A stretch of DNA of 64,000 nucleotides from Schmidtea nova (Eukaryota), in contig CM097883.1 in NCBI GenBank assembly GCA_044892505.1, positions 292,454,001 through 292,518,000 of the forward strand, given 5' to 3'. The notes beneath the pieces were generated by a model, which saw only the letters and a program-made list of their open reading frames with translations, ran no database searches and was not told where the DNA came from. The translations under genes were made by a program, and so were the position numbers. How positions within the stretch are numbered: position 1 is the stretch's first letter; each line of letters opens with the position of its first letter. This document shows positions 22,919 through 34,981 of this stretch, in pieces.

Positions 22919-24735
22919 TCTATCATTATGATGATGTTAATATGGATGATTAGTACTGACGGCGCAACAGCATTTGAAGTATTCGATTGCGATCAAATGG
23001 CATTAGGTGAAAAATACTCATTACGAGGGACAGAACAATGTAAAGACGCAACCCCAACGGAGCTAAAAACATTAAAAAAGAGACAATTATACCACGTATA
23101 TCAGGAAGCTGAAATGATAAGAACAATGGTCAGAGAATGCAAAGTTTATAAAACCAGATTTGCTTTTTATTGTGGACACCGCCATTATTCAGCAATCGTG
23201 ATGCCAGGAACGGAAAGAGAATCGGTAATGCTGCAAGGAGAAGACTGTGAAAAATTATTCAAACATGGAGAAGTAGAGACTAGAGATAGAGTAAAGATAA
23301 GAGGAAAAACGGGAGTGATATTGCAACAAACATATTATGTAGCAGGAGCTATTACGGGAGGAGAAGGGTACTGCCAAGGAGCAACATATCCAATATTCGG
23401 AGTAGCAGCAACAAACCTAGTGGTAATAGATACCTATACAGTAGAATTAAAAACGTACGAGGCATTCTTCGATCCAACAACGGGAGAAATGAAAACCCTG
23501 CCCATGTGCAAAATCGAGTCAAACACTTGCCAAACCGGTATGTCAACCTTAACATACCAGATACGAGGAAAAGAATGTCAACTACAACTGTTAAAGGAAG
23601 CAGAATTCGATGAGATACAAGGGAAAACCTTCCAAGAGGAAGAAGAAGACGAGGCAGCAAGAGGAAAAATACTTCAAGACACAGTACGGGGAGAGAAAAA
23701 GATTGAAACCCGAACACAAGAAAAACAAATTAAAATGAGAAATACACCAACGGTACTAATTACCTCAGATGCAGATATCGGAATGAGGTTTGTAAAAGGA
23801 AAAACAGCCTTGAAATGCGGAATAACCATGTTGGAAACCAACTACCCCGGCATTTTCGTATCGAAACAAGAAGTACCTAGTGCGAAACGCAAAGTGAACA
23901 CGAACGATGTTAAATTACACCTTTACATGAACAATAAGATGGATTTTCTATTCCATAGAGGACAAGCGTCACTACAAAAAGTGTATTACGACTTAATTAA
24001 CAACGATTGCATATTAAATAGGGAAATATTAAAGACAAAACTAGCAGTAGCAATCACAAACCCGGATAGTGCAATGCCACTATTACCATTGAGAGAAGGT
24101 CATTTTGGAAGGGTAGTCGGAGAGGTCATGTATGTATACATATGTAAAAAGACAAACGCGAAGGTAGCGACAATGACAAAATTACAACCAGGTCAGTGTA
24201 CTAACGAACTAGAAATCGAATATAAAGGGAAAGTAAGATATGTGCAACCAGTGACAAGAATCATAAATCCAGTAAGCTTCGAACCAAACCCTTTCAATTG
24301 CAGCAACGCATATGGACCACTATACCAAAAACCAGACGGGAATTGGGTTATGTTTCCGTCAAGAACAGAGGTACCAGCACCAAGGGAATTTGAATTGATG
24401 CAACTATCAAAAGGACGAAAATTTAAAGACGTAGATGTAAGTAATATGGGATTCTATAGCGCAAAAGACTTAGAGGCAGCGAGACAAAACATACTATTTC
24501 CAGCAAGAAGGGAAGCGGTGCTATCCAGTATTGTAACAATAACAGGAGGAACAAATTACCAAGGTGGACCAAATTAAGAATTATTATTGTCACCAGCCCA
24601 CTTTAAGAAGGCAACGGAAAACATGATGAAAGCGATGTGGGGAAGATTTTTAATATTTGGACAAATGATGGCAGGAATACTTGGGGTTATACTAATTATA
24701 CAAATAATACGGGTAATAATAACGCAAATGTTAGC
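22919..24735 (+). CDS. env: Envelope: internal signal peptide, class III (chuvirus/gB-type) fusion glycoprotein and TM; in-frame TAA at 24575-24577
   Basis: SSIIMMMLIWMIS..ATA|FEVFDC...YSL....C; ECK...FYCGHRHYS; NDCILNREIL...GEVMYVYIC...CTNEL...QPVTRII...CSNAYGPLY; TM FGQMMAGILGVILIIQIIRVII lies after the stop, in the same frame. Confidence 0.85.
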
Positions 24736-25284
24736 CTGTTTTGACATCTATAAAAGAGAAAAGAAAGTAAATTGGAAATTGGTGGTAGGATTCTTACCAT
24801 TTTTGGCTAAAACAATGGTATTACACGGTCATTCAAAAGATATTCACCGAATAAAGAGACTCCTAAAAATACTGGCAAAAATGAAAGGAACCGATGAAGA
24901 GGTGGGACGAAAATTTAAAAAGATAATGAATAACGAGCAAGCAAGACAACAACTAAAGAAAGAGAGAAAAGGACTATGGGAAAGAATGAAAGGGTACAGA
25001 ACCCAAGACGATTCCAGTGACGACGATGATGATGATAACGAAGGAGGTCAAGTATTTAAAAATCAAGTACCACAGTACGTCGAAAAGAATCCAGCGGAAA
25101 TGTGGAAGTGTTACGCACCCCCACCAACCATGTACCAAGAACCAACACCAGGGATGAGACAAAATACAATGCAAATGATGCCGATGACAAACATATATCC
25201 TATGATACCAGAAGACTATAGAACGAGACGGTGCAGAAGCGTAGATCCGCAAGGAGACTCACATACAATTGCAGTAATGTCATC

Positions 25285-28200
25285 AAACACCGGTCCAGTA
25301 TTAACTACAACAATCGAAATTAACGGAAGGGAAATAGAAGCGATGATTGATACAGGAGCAAATATCTCAGCAATAGATATAAAATGGATACCACAAGAAC
25401 AAAGACGGGATATTGAGAGAACCAACGTTCACGTAATAGCATGCAGTAAAGAAGTAGTAGAAGTTGCCGGAAGATGGTGGGTAAAGATAAAACATCAAAA
25501 CACGGAAATCGAAACGTACGTAGCAGTAATACCAGCACTAAGCGTACCATGCATTATAGGCACGGATCTGATGCCAGCATTATTTAAAGAAATAGTTATT
25601 GATCTCGGAACAATGAGACTAAAGGATAGGACAGGACAGATATGCGCAATAGAAGCAAAAGTAACAAGTTCGAAACAAATAATCGTACCAGCACGGAGAG
25701 AGAAAATATGCTTCGTAAAAATAGACCCTACAATAGAAGGTGACATGATTTTTGAACCCAGTAAAAGATTTGAAAAGAGAAAGTCGTTGCCAATGGCAAG
25801 GGGATTAGTGAGTGCGAATGAAAACGGAGAAATCCCAATAAATGTAGTAAATTTCGATGAAGAGGATAAAATAATTTATGAAAATGAAAGATTAGGTAAG
25901 CTAACTCCAATGATGGATATCGAAATACCAATAAGAGAGGGAGAAAAAGATGAAGAACCCACCTGGAACATTGATAGCCAACTATTAAATGAGGATCAAA
26001 AGAAACAGCTAGAAAGATTACTGATAGAATATAAAGACATATTCGCAGCATCCGATTTAGATCTAGGGACATGCGACGTCACACTACATACGATTCCACT
26101 AACAGACGAAACGCCGATTGCGTTAAGACCATACAAGTTAGCTGAAGCGCAAAAATCAGTAGCAGAAGCAGAAGTACAGAAAATGCTAGACGCAGAAGTA
26201 ATTGAACCAAGCTGCTCACCGTGGCAATTCCCAGTTGTAATGGTGAAAAAGAAAGACGGAACACAACGATTTTGTATTGATTATCGGAGATTAAATTCAG
26301 TTACAAAAAGGGATACATACCCATTACCGGACATCAACGAGATGTTATTGACATTACAAGGAGCGGCATATTTTACATCATTGGATTTGAAAAGCGGATA
26401 CTGGCAAATTAAAATGAAGGAGGAAGACAAAGAGAAAACTGCTTTCACTATCGGAAGAGACTTGTACCAATTTAGGAAAATGCCATTCGGACTAACCAAT
26501 GCGCCAGCATCATTTCAAAGATGTATGAATTTCGTTACCCACGGCATAAAACAATGCATGGTTTACATTGATGACCTACTAATCTACTCAAGCACATTTG
26601 AACAACACATCCAAGATATCAGAGATGTATTTGTGAGATTGAGACAATGGAAACTCAAGCTCAAACCATCGAAATGCGATTGGGCAAAAGAGAAAGTGAC
26701 ATTTTTAGGACATATTGTGTCCGCAAAAGGAAAGGAACCGGATCCCAGAAACATTGATAAAGTAAAAGAATGTCCAATACCAAAGACTATAACGCAGATC
26801 CAAGAATTTATCGGATTATGCGGTTTCTATAGAAAATTCATAAAGGATTACGCAGGAATTGCAAAACCAATCCAAGAGCTAGTAAAGAAAGACGTATCGT
26901 TCATATGGGGAACCGAACAACAAACAGCTTTCGAAACATTGAGAGACAAGCTAATAACTGCACCAATATTGGTTCACCCGGATTTCAAAAAGCCATTTTT
27001 ACTCGCAACCGACGCAAGTGGATATGCAGCAGGAGCAGTGTTAGGACAATATGATGACGAGGGAAAAGAGCGGGTAATCGGATATTATAGCAGAACATTC
27101 AAGAAACACGAGAAGAATTATTCAGTAACGGAAAGAGAAGCATTGGCAATAATATTAGCAATAAAACACTTCAAATATCTATTATGGGGACACATTATAT
27201 GCATAACCACAGACCATCAACCACTTGTATGGCTAGGACAACATAAGGAAACATCCAGCAGGTTAATGAGATGGGCGATGCAATTACAAGAATATTCACC
27301 AGATATAAAATTCAAATCAGGAAAAGCGAATGCCAACGCAGATTGCATGTCAAGATTAACGTTTCCAGAACTAACAGACCCAGAAGTGCAAAGAATATGC
27401 ATAGTGATAGCAGAGGATTTGGATTTCAGCGAGTTAAAGAAAGATCAGCAAGAGGATAAAGAACTAAGATCCATCATAGAATTCCTAAGCTCACGGAATA
27501 TGGATGTATTCAAAGACAATGCGGAGTTAAAAGAACACATGAGGAAATACCAACATCGATACACAATAGAAAAGGATGGTTATTAATACAGGATGGAGAA
27601 AAACGATTAATGTGTCTGCCAGGTAATAGACGAAAAGAGATAATAACTCAATACCACGACGGAAAGTTGGGAGGACACATGTCCGATAAGAAAACATTAG
27701 ATCGCATGAGACAAAAATATTATTTGCCAACAATGGACGAGGACGTAAAGGAATGGATAAAGAACTGTTTAACTTGTGCCACAAGAAAGGATAGTGGGAA
27801 GAAATGGAAAAATCCCTTAAAACCCATGCCAATACCAGCGGAACCAATGACTACCATTGCGATGGATGTAATAGGACCATTGCTAGAAAGTTTAAACGGG
27901 AATCAATATATATTGGTAATAACGGATTATTTGACTAAATTCCCTGAGGCATTTGCGATGCCGGATCAAAAAGCAAAGACCGTAGCAAGAATTTTAGTAG
28001 AGGAAATATGTTGTCGATACGGAACCCCGAAACAAATACTAACAGATCAAGGAACAAATTTTATGAGCGAAATATTAGATGAAGTAACAAATTACTTCAG
28101 AATAGCCAAATTACGAACGTCACCATATCATCCGCAAACTAATGGACAAACGGAAAGATTTAACGGCACATTGATTCGAATGTTATCCAATTATGTAAGC

Positions 28201-28740
28201 AAACACCAAACAGATTGGGATGAGTACATAAAGCTATGTCTAATGGCATACCGAATGTCGATACACGCAGCAACAAAATTGAGTCCATTTCAATTAATGT
28301 ATGGAAGGGAATGCAATATGCCAATAGATCTTGAATATCAACCACCTTTGTCTCAATATATGGAGGAAGATGATTACGTCACCAAATTCAAAGAACGAAT
28401 GCAAGAGATATGGAAGACAGCAGAACTAAACATAAAGTTTTATCAAGAAAGTTACAAGGACCTACACGATCAAAAGAAAAATGTTAAAACAAATGATCTT
28501 AAACCCGGAGATTGGGTAATGATAGAAACCCCAGAAATAATACCAGGAACCGTTAAAAAACTACAAAGACCAGGAAAAGGCCCTTACGAAGTTATATACA
28601 AAAAGGAAAACAATGTGAAGGTAAAACTTGTTAATCGACCATTGATACGACCAATATACGTTAATACATGCAGATGTAAAAAAGTACCAAAGACAATAAC
28701 CACAGCGCCAGAAGAACGAATAATAACCAGATCCCAGACA
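25285..28740 (+). CDS. pol: Pol: aspartic protease, dUTPase-like spacer, RT, RNase H, integrase; 1-nt frameshift at ~27581
   Basis: DTGA 25349-25360; YIDD 26564-26575; TDASG...EREALA...TDH...NADCMSR; HHCC finger, MDVIGP, TDQG, QTERFN, GPY. Confidence 0.97.
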
Positions 28741-28769
28741 GCCAGAATGAATATGCTCAGAGCAACCAA

Positions 28770-30470
28770 TGAAAGTACCGAAGCAGAAAACAATCAACAA
28801 GAAAAAAGAAACAAGGAAATTGTACTAAAAGCCAGAGAAATGATGGGAAAATGGCATGTCAGAGACGATATATTAAGAGATATACAATTGATAATTAGTG
28901 ATTACGCAAGGGGACTACCAACAAAACCAGTCATTTCAGAACTACTGGAGAAAATTCCAGAAATACTTTCACTACAAGACATAGGAGGACAACCAGCATT
29001 ACATAACGCCATAAAATTGGGAGAAGTAGAGAGAGTAAAAGAATTTCTAAAAATCGCAAAGGAAACAAACCAACACCTTGGTTTTGGGAATAGCGAACAA
29101 GAAACACCATTAATGGTAGCAGCCATCTACAAATCGGATAAAACAATAATAGACCTTTTGATAAATGCCGATTTCAACTGGACGGAACGCGATAGAGAAA
29201 ACAAAACAGTCTTGAATCACGCAATATGGAGCTCAAATCAGATAATGCTCAAACAAATAATCGAGAAGGCCACTTGGGAAATAGACGAACTGATCAAGGG
29301 TGATATAATAAAGGAAGCAATAAAAATCGGTAACTGCAAAACAATACGCAAGCTAATAAAATGGAAAAGATCCGAAAATGATACATGGGTGCTAAATATA
29401 AACGAGGTATACAGTGAAGGACAAAACGCGTTATTACAATTCCTATTAAAATTAGTTTGTGATCAGAAAACACTGTTAATATTATTGGACAGAAGAAATA
29501 TCACAATTTCCAAAAACAAAGAGGAGTGTAAATTCGAAAGTGAAAAAGAAGCATTATTCAGGAAAATTAGGGAATGGTGTGCAAAATCGCTAACCAAGTC
29601 GATAACTTACAAAGATATATCCAATTTTCAAGATAAGTACAAAACGGTGGAGGAAGAGTATGACAAACTAGTAGACATATTAAACCACCCCGAAAAATGC
29701 AAACAATTCCTATGTCAAAAGGAAAGAGAAAGCAAAAGGAAATTTACACCACTTTTCAGCGCAGAGGTACCATATCAAGAAAGGTTGGATGCGATACAAG
29801 ACAAAGCAAAAGAACTATTACCAGAATTCGAAAATTCTAAACATACACTGGAGATACTCGGAGCAATTGTGGAAAAGGTACACGCATACGCGGAAGGAAC
29901 TTACAATGAAAACGATATGATGATCATAAAAAGAGAAATGCCAGTGACTTTCTTATTAACAAAGAAGGGAGTATTGCCAATACATAGAGCCTTACGAGCA
30001 GGAAAAGATAGGAGGGTAGTCGAAATTGCACGGTTGATGCAAGATTGCGGAAGTGACATGAACATGAAAGATAAATAGGGAGATACCCTCATGATATTCG
30101 CAGCAAGAGCGAACACAAAAACCCGAGTGTTACAGGAACTGTACGAAGCAGGTGCAGGACTCATGGGAAGAACGGGCAAAGACAGCTCAATACTAGACGT
30201 AGCATTGTTAACGCACAATTGGGAGGTGATAAATTTTATAAAAACAATCACAAATCAGGAAGAAATAGAATACCTTACAAGGACAGTTAAAAAAGCTAGC
30301 GTACATTCCATGATGCATAACGCTGAACTAACCGAAGCAATACTCAATTGGATGAACCCAAACACCAATGAACCAGCATTCAGGATCAACGAGTTCATGG
30401 AACAAGGCCAAAAATTTGTATATAAAGTGTGCATTAATAATAAACAAATGGCCAAAGATAATGGACAAGA
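28770..30470 (+). CDS. Ankyrin-repeat region fused after integrase; in-frame TAG at 30076-30078
   Basis: GQPALHNAIKLG, ETPLMVAAI, DRENKTVLNHAI, GVLPIHRAL, KDK*GDTLMIFAA, SSILDVAL. Confidence 0.88.
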
Positions 30471-30566
30471 AAAAAAGAAGAAAAAAAGAAGAAAAAAAGA
30501 AGAAAAGATTTACGATTCACAAACAACCCAAAAGAAACAGAACGTACGGACAAATGGAAAGAACTA

Positions 30567-32912
30567 ATGAAAACGTACCTTAATAATTGGATAAAAGCCA
30601 AGAAAGAGATTCTAGATTGTAAATTAACCGATAAGGAAATACCTAAGCAGGCAGAAACACAAGAATATGAAGCAAGTATACTCACAACCATAACGTATGA
30701 AAAAATGATAGAAGCAATTAATGTCGAGGACGACATTTTCAACGACCAAAGGGGAGGCGACAATACAGGAAACGACGACGATAGTACTCGAGAAAATCCA
30801 GAGGATCATGAGTTATCAGATAAAGAGGACAGTGAAGAGAAAGGAAGGGACACAGAGAAAAATGATAAGAAAAATGAATTTGGGAAACAAAGAAACAACA
30901 ACTATAAAAATAAAAACGAAGCAAAAAGAACAGGCTACAAACAAACAATAAACCCATTCTTTAAACCAGAACTATTATTACTAACGGTAATCATGACCTT
31001 AATTAGTCCAACTCAAGGAATGATATGTGAAGAAAGAGCGACAATACAAATTAGAAACGCAAAAGGAATCGAACGAGTATGTTGGTCAAAAAAGGACAAA
31101 ATCTCGGGACAAAATAGTCAAATGGATTGCAGGATCTCAGAATACGAACAAGAAATCATAGAGATCGATGACTTAGAGCTAGATACTTGGTACAAAATAT
31201 GCACCATCAGAAAACAAAGGAATCCAAGATCACACAACACAATCGCATGTGCAAACTACCTAACACCCAAAGTAACCATAACAGTACAGCAGTCATCCAA
31301 AGGAGACTATGTCGTAGGAAAGTGTGGAAGAACAGAGACACAAGGAACAAAAAACAAGAAACCCCAGACAATAGACAGACGAACAACGCCAACTATACGA
31401 ATTACAATAGACAAGCCCGAAGCAAGAGTAACCACAAACGAGACCGAAAGAGTGACCTACCAAACAGAATTACTATGTTTAGCACTCATATTAACAATGT
31501 TAAAACGGTTAGAAGAAGGGATAGACATTGACACAATGGCAGTAACAGAGATGAACGACACCCAAAATACCAACCCAAAGTGTTGGGCCCGAAACAACGA
31601 AGAAATTGGCATAAGCGAAATAAAGAGGAGTCGGAAAAGGAAAACAAATAAAGTAACCAAGATACCAAAAGTAAAAGCAGACAGGACGTATGAACTATGT
31701 TTACTAGAAAAAGAAAGACACAAGAAAGGAACGACAATTTGTAAAACATTTCAACCTGGGGAGGCAATAAAGTTCATAAGAAGAAGAAGAAGAAATATAC
31801 GCACCAAACGGAGAACAACTATAATGTTAGAGTTAACCGGGATAGAACCGGACGTCAAAGGCGTATGCTGGAAGAAGCAGGAAAAGAAAACAAACCAGAA
31901 TATACCGCCGCAATGTCGAACAAACAGAGGAACAACCACAATACAGATCGAAGGATTAGAAAGCAATCAAACGTACGAAATATGCCTGATTAGGAAAAGC
32001 GACAAAATAACAGTAAATGAATTGGAATGCAAATTATATAAAACACCCACCAGAACAAGAGTTGGAAAGACATCGCGAAAAAGTAGAAGACAACGGAACA
32101 AAGGAAAAGCGAGGTATACCACTACCTTTAAACCTAATGGACAACAGAAAAACCAAGAAATACAAATAAAAACCGAAAAGAATACTACAGCAACTCTTAT
32201 ACTATGGAGAATAGACAATAAAACGTTAGAAATATGTTGGGCAGTAGTTCAGGAACAAAAAGAAAGACAGCCACGATACTGCGAAAACGTAAAAGGAAAA
32301 GAAGAAATGAGTATCAAAAATCTGAAATTTAATAGAGAATACGAGATATGTGCGGTAGAAAAGACGGACATATTGGGAAATCAGCAGGAAAGATGCGAAA
32401 CGTACTACACACCGGTAAACTCAACGTCCAAAGGGAAAGTGAGAAAACTCGAATTTAAAGAATTAAGTCAGACAACGAAACAAATGGACGCAGAACAAGT
32501 AGTAATAGACCCTTACGCAAGATGGACGCCGGAAGAAGTAATTAAAGAAGTTAAAAGAAAACAACAAGAACGAGAACAATTACTAAATAAACTAAAGGGA
32601 CAATACGGACCAATGATTACCCAGAGTGAAATTACGAAGATGGACGTAAACAAACAAGTTAGAGAACTAATTGGTCTAGGAATACTAGCAGCAACTATTC
32701 CAGTAATAACAGTGTTATTAATAATATGGATATACGATGTACTCAACAAGAAACCAATAACACATTGGCCAGATATAAAAATTATGAACTACAGAATAGA
32801 ATTACCGGAAGAAGTACAGAAAGAATTTCAAAGGAGGACGAAAGGTAAAGAATTTTGGAGACAAATAGAAGATGAAGAGCGGTACGAAGGAAAGACAGTG
32901 ATGGTGATATAG
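30567..32912 (+). CDS. 781-aa membrane protein with four Cys-containing FN3-like repeats; frame open from 30462, probably continuous with the polyprotein
   Basis: Signal-like ELLLLTVIMTLISPTQG; repeated W...I..L....Y.IC motif (IDDLELDTWYKIC, IPKVKADRTYELC, IEGLESNQTYEIC, IKNLKFNREYEIC); polybasic linkers; TM LIGLGILAATIPVITVLLIIWIY. Confidence 0.75.
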   Translation: MKTYLNNWIKAKKEILDCKLTDKEIPKQAETQEYEASILTTITYEKMIEAINVEDDIFNDQRGGDNTGNDDDSTRENPEDHELSDKEDSEEKGRDTEKNDKKNEFGKQRNNNYKNKNEAKRTGYKQTINPFFKPELLLLTVIMTLISPTQGMICEERATIQIRNAKGIERVCWSKKDKISGQNSQMDCRISEYEQEIIEIDDLELDTWYKICTIRKQRNPRSHNTIACANYLTPKVTITVQQSSKGDYVVGKCGRTETQGTKNKKPQTIDRRTTPTIRITIDKPEARVTTNETERVTYQTELLCLALILTMLKRLEEGIDIDTMAVTEMNDTQNTNPKCWARNNEEIGISEIKRSRKRKTNKVTKIPKVKADRTYELCLLEKERHKKGTTICKTFQPGEAIKFIRRRRRNIRTKRRTTIMLELTGIEPDVKGVCWKKQEKKTNQNIPPQCRTNRGTTTIQIEGLESNQTYEICLIRKSDKITVNELECKLYKTPTRTRVGKTSRKSRRQRNKGKARYTTTFKPNGQQKNQEIQIKTEKNTTATLILWRIDNKTLEICWAVVQEQKERQPRYCENVKGKEEMSIKNLKFNREYEICAVEKTDILGNQQERCETYYTPVNSTSKGKVRKLEFKELSQTTKQMDAEQVVIDPYARWTPEEVIKEVKRKQQEREQLLNKLKGQYGPMITQSEITKMDVNKQVRELIGLGILAATIPVITVLLIIWIYDVLNKKPITHWPDIKIMNYRIELPEEVQKEFQRRTKGKEFWRQIEDEERYEGKTVMVI

Positions 32913-33037
32913 GAGGCGGGATATGACTGTAAATAATAGTGTAAATAACAATGCATTACCGTATTAGTAGGGGTATCGATATTATAAAAATATAAAAAGA
33001 GAAATCGAGAAAACGAATAATGTATATAATTTAGAAA

Positions 33038-33394
33038 ATGAACGAACAGGAAGAAATAGCAGAAACTACTATGGCTATGCGATGGAAAGCCCAGTGTGAC
33101 ATGTTAATACGAACAATCAACTCACTACAAAATCAGTTAATGGAGAAACAGAATTTGTTATCCGAAAGTTATAATAATAGTTTTGAGCAACTCCACAGAA
33201 TCGAGGAGCAACAGAGATTGATAACGCAACTTACCAGAGAGAATCAAGCGATAAGCGATATAAACCAAAGGCAAGCAATAGAGATAGACCGTTTAACAAT
33301 GGGAGAGACAGAAGAAGCAGAGGATAGATGGACAAATTGGGCAATAAACAGATCAGAAAATGACCCAGAACCAGATTCAACAAACGAGCCGTAG
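33038..33394 (+). CDS. 118-aa coiled-coil protein, unknown function
   Basis: ATG ORF bounded by AT-rich spacers; heptad-like Q/E/L pattern. Confidence 0.65.
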   Translation: MNEQEEIAETTMAMRWKAQCDMLIRTINSLQNQLMEKQNLLSESYNNSFEQLHRIEEQQRLITQLTRENQAISDINQRQAIEIDRLTMGETEEAEDRWTNWAINRSENDPEPDSTNEP

Positions 33395-33485
33395 ATAAAT
33401 AAAGCGAAAAATTGTAAATATGTAAAAACAAAAACAAGAAAAATCAAAAAATAGATAACAAATCAAGTGTATATATCATTGTAGA

Positions 33486-34868
33486 ATGAATACAGAAGGA
33501 AAAGCCGAAGAGCGGATAATCGAAATTTTGAGAGCCGAGAACAGGAAATGGAGTCAGAGACTCACTTGTGTAAATTGTAAAAACATAATATTGAAACCAA
33601 GACAAACCCTATGCGGATGCAGAGTATGTACCAAATGCATACACGAGTTAAGTATGAAAAGACCACCAGAATGTCCAGAATGCAAAGAAGGACAAATAAA
33701 ATTCGAAGAAACCGGACCAGATAGAGCAACTCAGAGAGAAATCATGAACACGAAAACCGAATGTATAAATCAACCATGTATATGGCAAGGACAAATACGC
33801 GATCTCGAGAACCATCTGGAGAACTGCGAGGAGAAGAGAACTGAATGTAACAAATGCCAACAAAAAATAACTATAAAGAATAAAGAGCAGCACAAAGATG
33901 AATGTAAAGAAGAGGAAAGTCTATGCGAATATTGTGGAACTCGAGAAACGAGGAGAAAGATCGAAGAAGAACACCTGAATGTAAAAGAGGAGAAAGTATG
34001 TAGACAATATGTAGGAATATGTTCAAACGAATGCGAGATAACGGTAGAAGTAAAATTACAAGAACATTGGAAAGTGTGCACGGAGAAACCAAGGGAATGT
34101 CCTTATAACAAACAGGGATGTATGGAGAAAAGAACGCAACAAACCATGAAACAACATCTGGAGGAAGCATTGCTAAAGCATGCGGAAATGACAAACGAAG
34201 CAACAAAAGAAACCGAACAAACAATCAAAAAATTAGAAAGAGAAATAGAGTCACACAAGATAATGGTAAACCTACTGTTGGAAACCAGAGAGCAATTCGA
34301 ACTAACACGAGAAAAGATGGAGGAAAAGATAAAAGCTATCGAAGAATTGGCTAAAGGAATGAAAATCCAGTAAAACAAACTCACCCAGGATACCGAGGAA
34401 AAGCTACCAATCGCACCATATGTGTGGAAAGTGACAGATTTTAGAGACAAATTAACAGAGGCCAGAAATATGACGAAAACAGCAGTAATAAGCCCACCAT
34501 TTTATTTATGGAGAAACGGAGCTAAAGTGAGATTGAAGCTATACCCAAATGGAGACGGAAGAGGACGGGGAACACATGTGTCAATATTTTTCTCGCTATG
34601 TAAAGGAGAATACGACGACCTCGTAGAATGGCCCTTGAAAGTAGGAGTCATTATAAGAATCAGAAGTGTAACAAAACCGGTGGAAAAATTCTTTGAGACA
34701 GAGAAACATGCGAGCACGAGCGAGAAACCAACCACAGAATGTGGATTAGCAGCGGGAGAACCGATGTTTATAACGAAAGAAAGCCTATGGGAACGATTAT
34801 ATGCAGACACCCTATACATAGAAATGGAAAGGAATGAGAAAGCGGATAGAAAAGGATGGTTGACGTAA
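33486..34868 (+). CDS. Full-length TRAF-like protein (RING, TRAF zinc fingers, coiled coil, MATH); in-frame TAA at 34371-34373
   Basis: CVNC...PRQTLCGCRVCTKC...CPEC; PDRATQREI...C....C.WQG; WKVTDF...ISPPFY...KVRLKLYPNGDGRGRGTHVSIFFSLCKGEYDDLVEWP. Confidence 0.92.
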
Positions 34869-34981
34869 CAAGAAAAGTGATCATGTAAATAATATGTACA
34901 GTTAAATACCCAAAAATTATTATATAAACAAAAATAACTGATATATAAACCGATTAAAATTTTCATTCTGTAATTATAGCA

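Noticed and set aside
21358-34373. Alternative genetic code or systematic stop readthrough to explain in-frame TAA/TAG
   Set aside because: TAA/TAG end other ORFs normally, the contexts lack known readthrough signals, and frameshifts co-occur; decay or assembly error is simpler, though single-site recoding is not excluded
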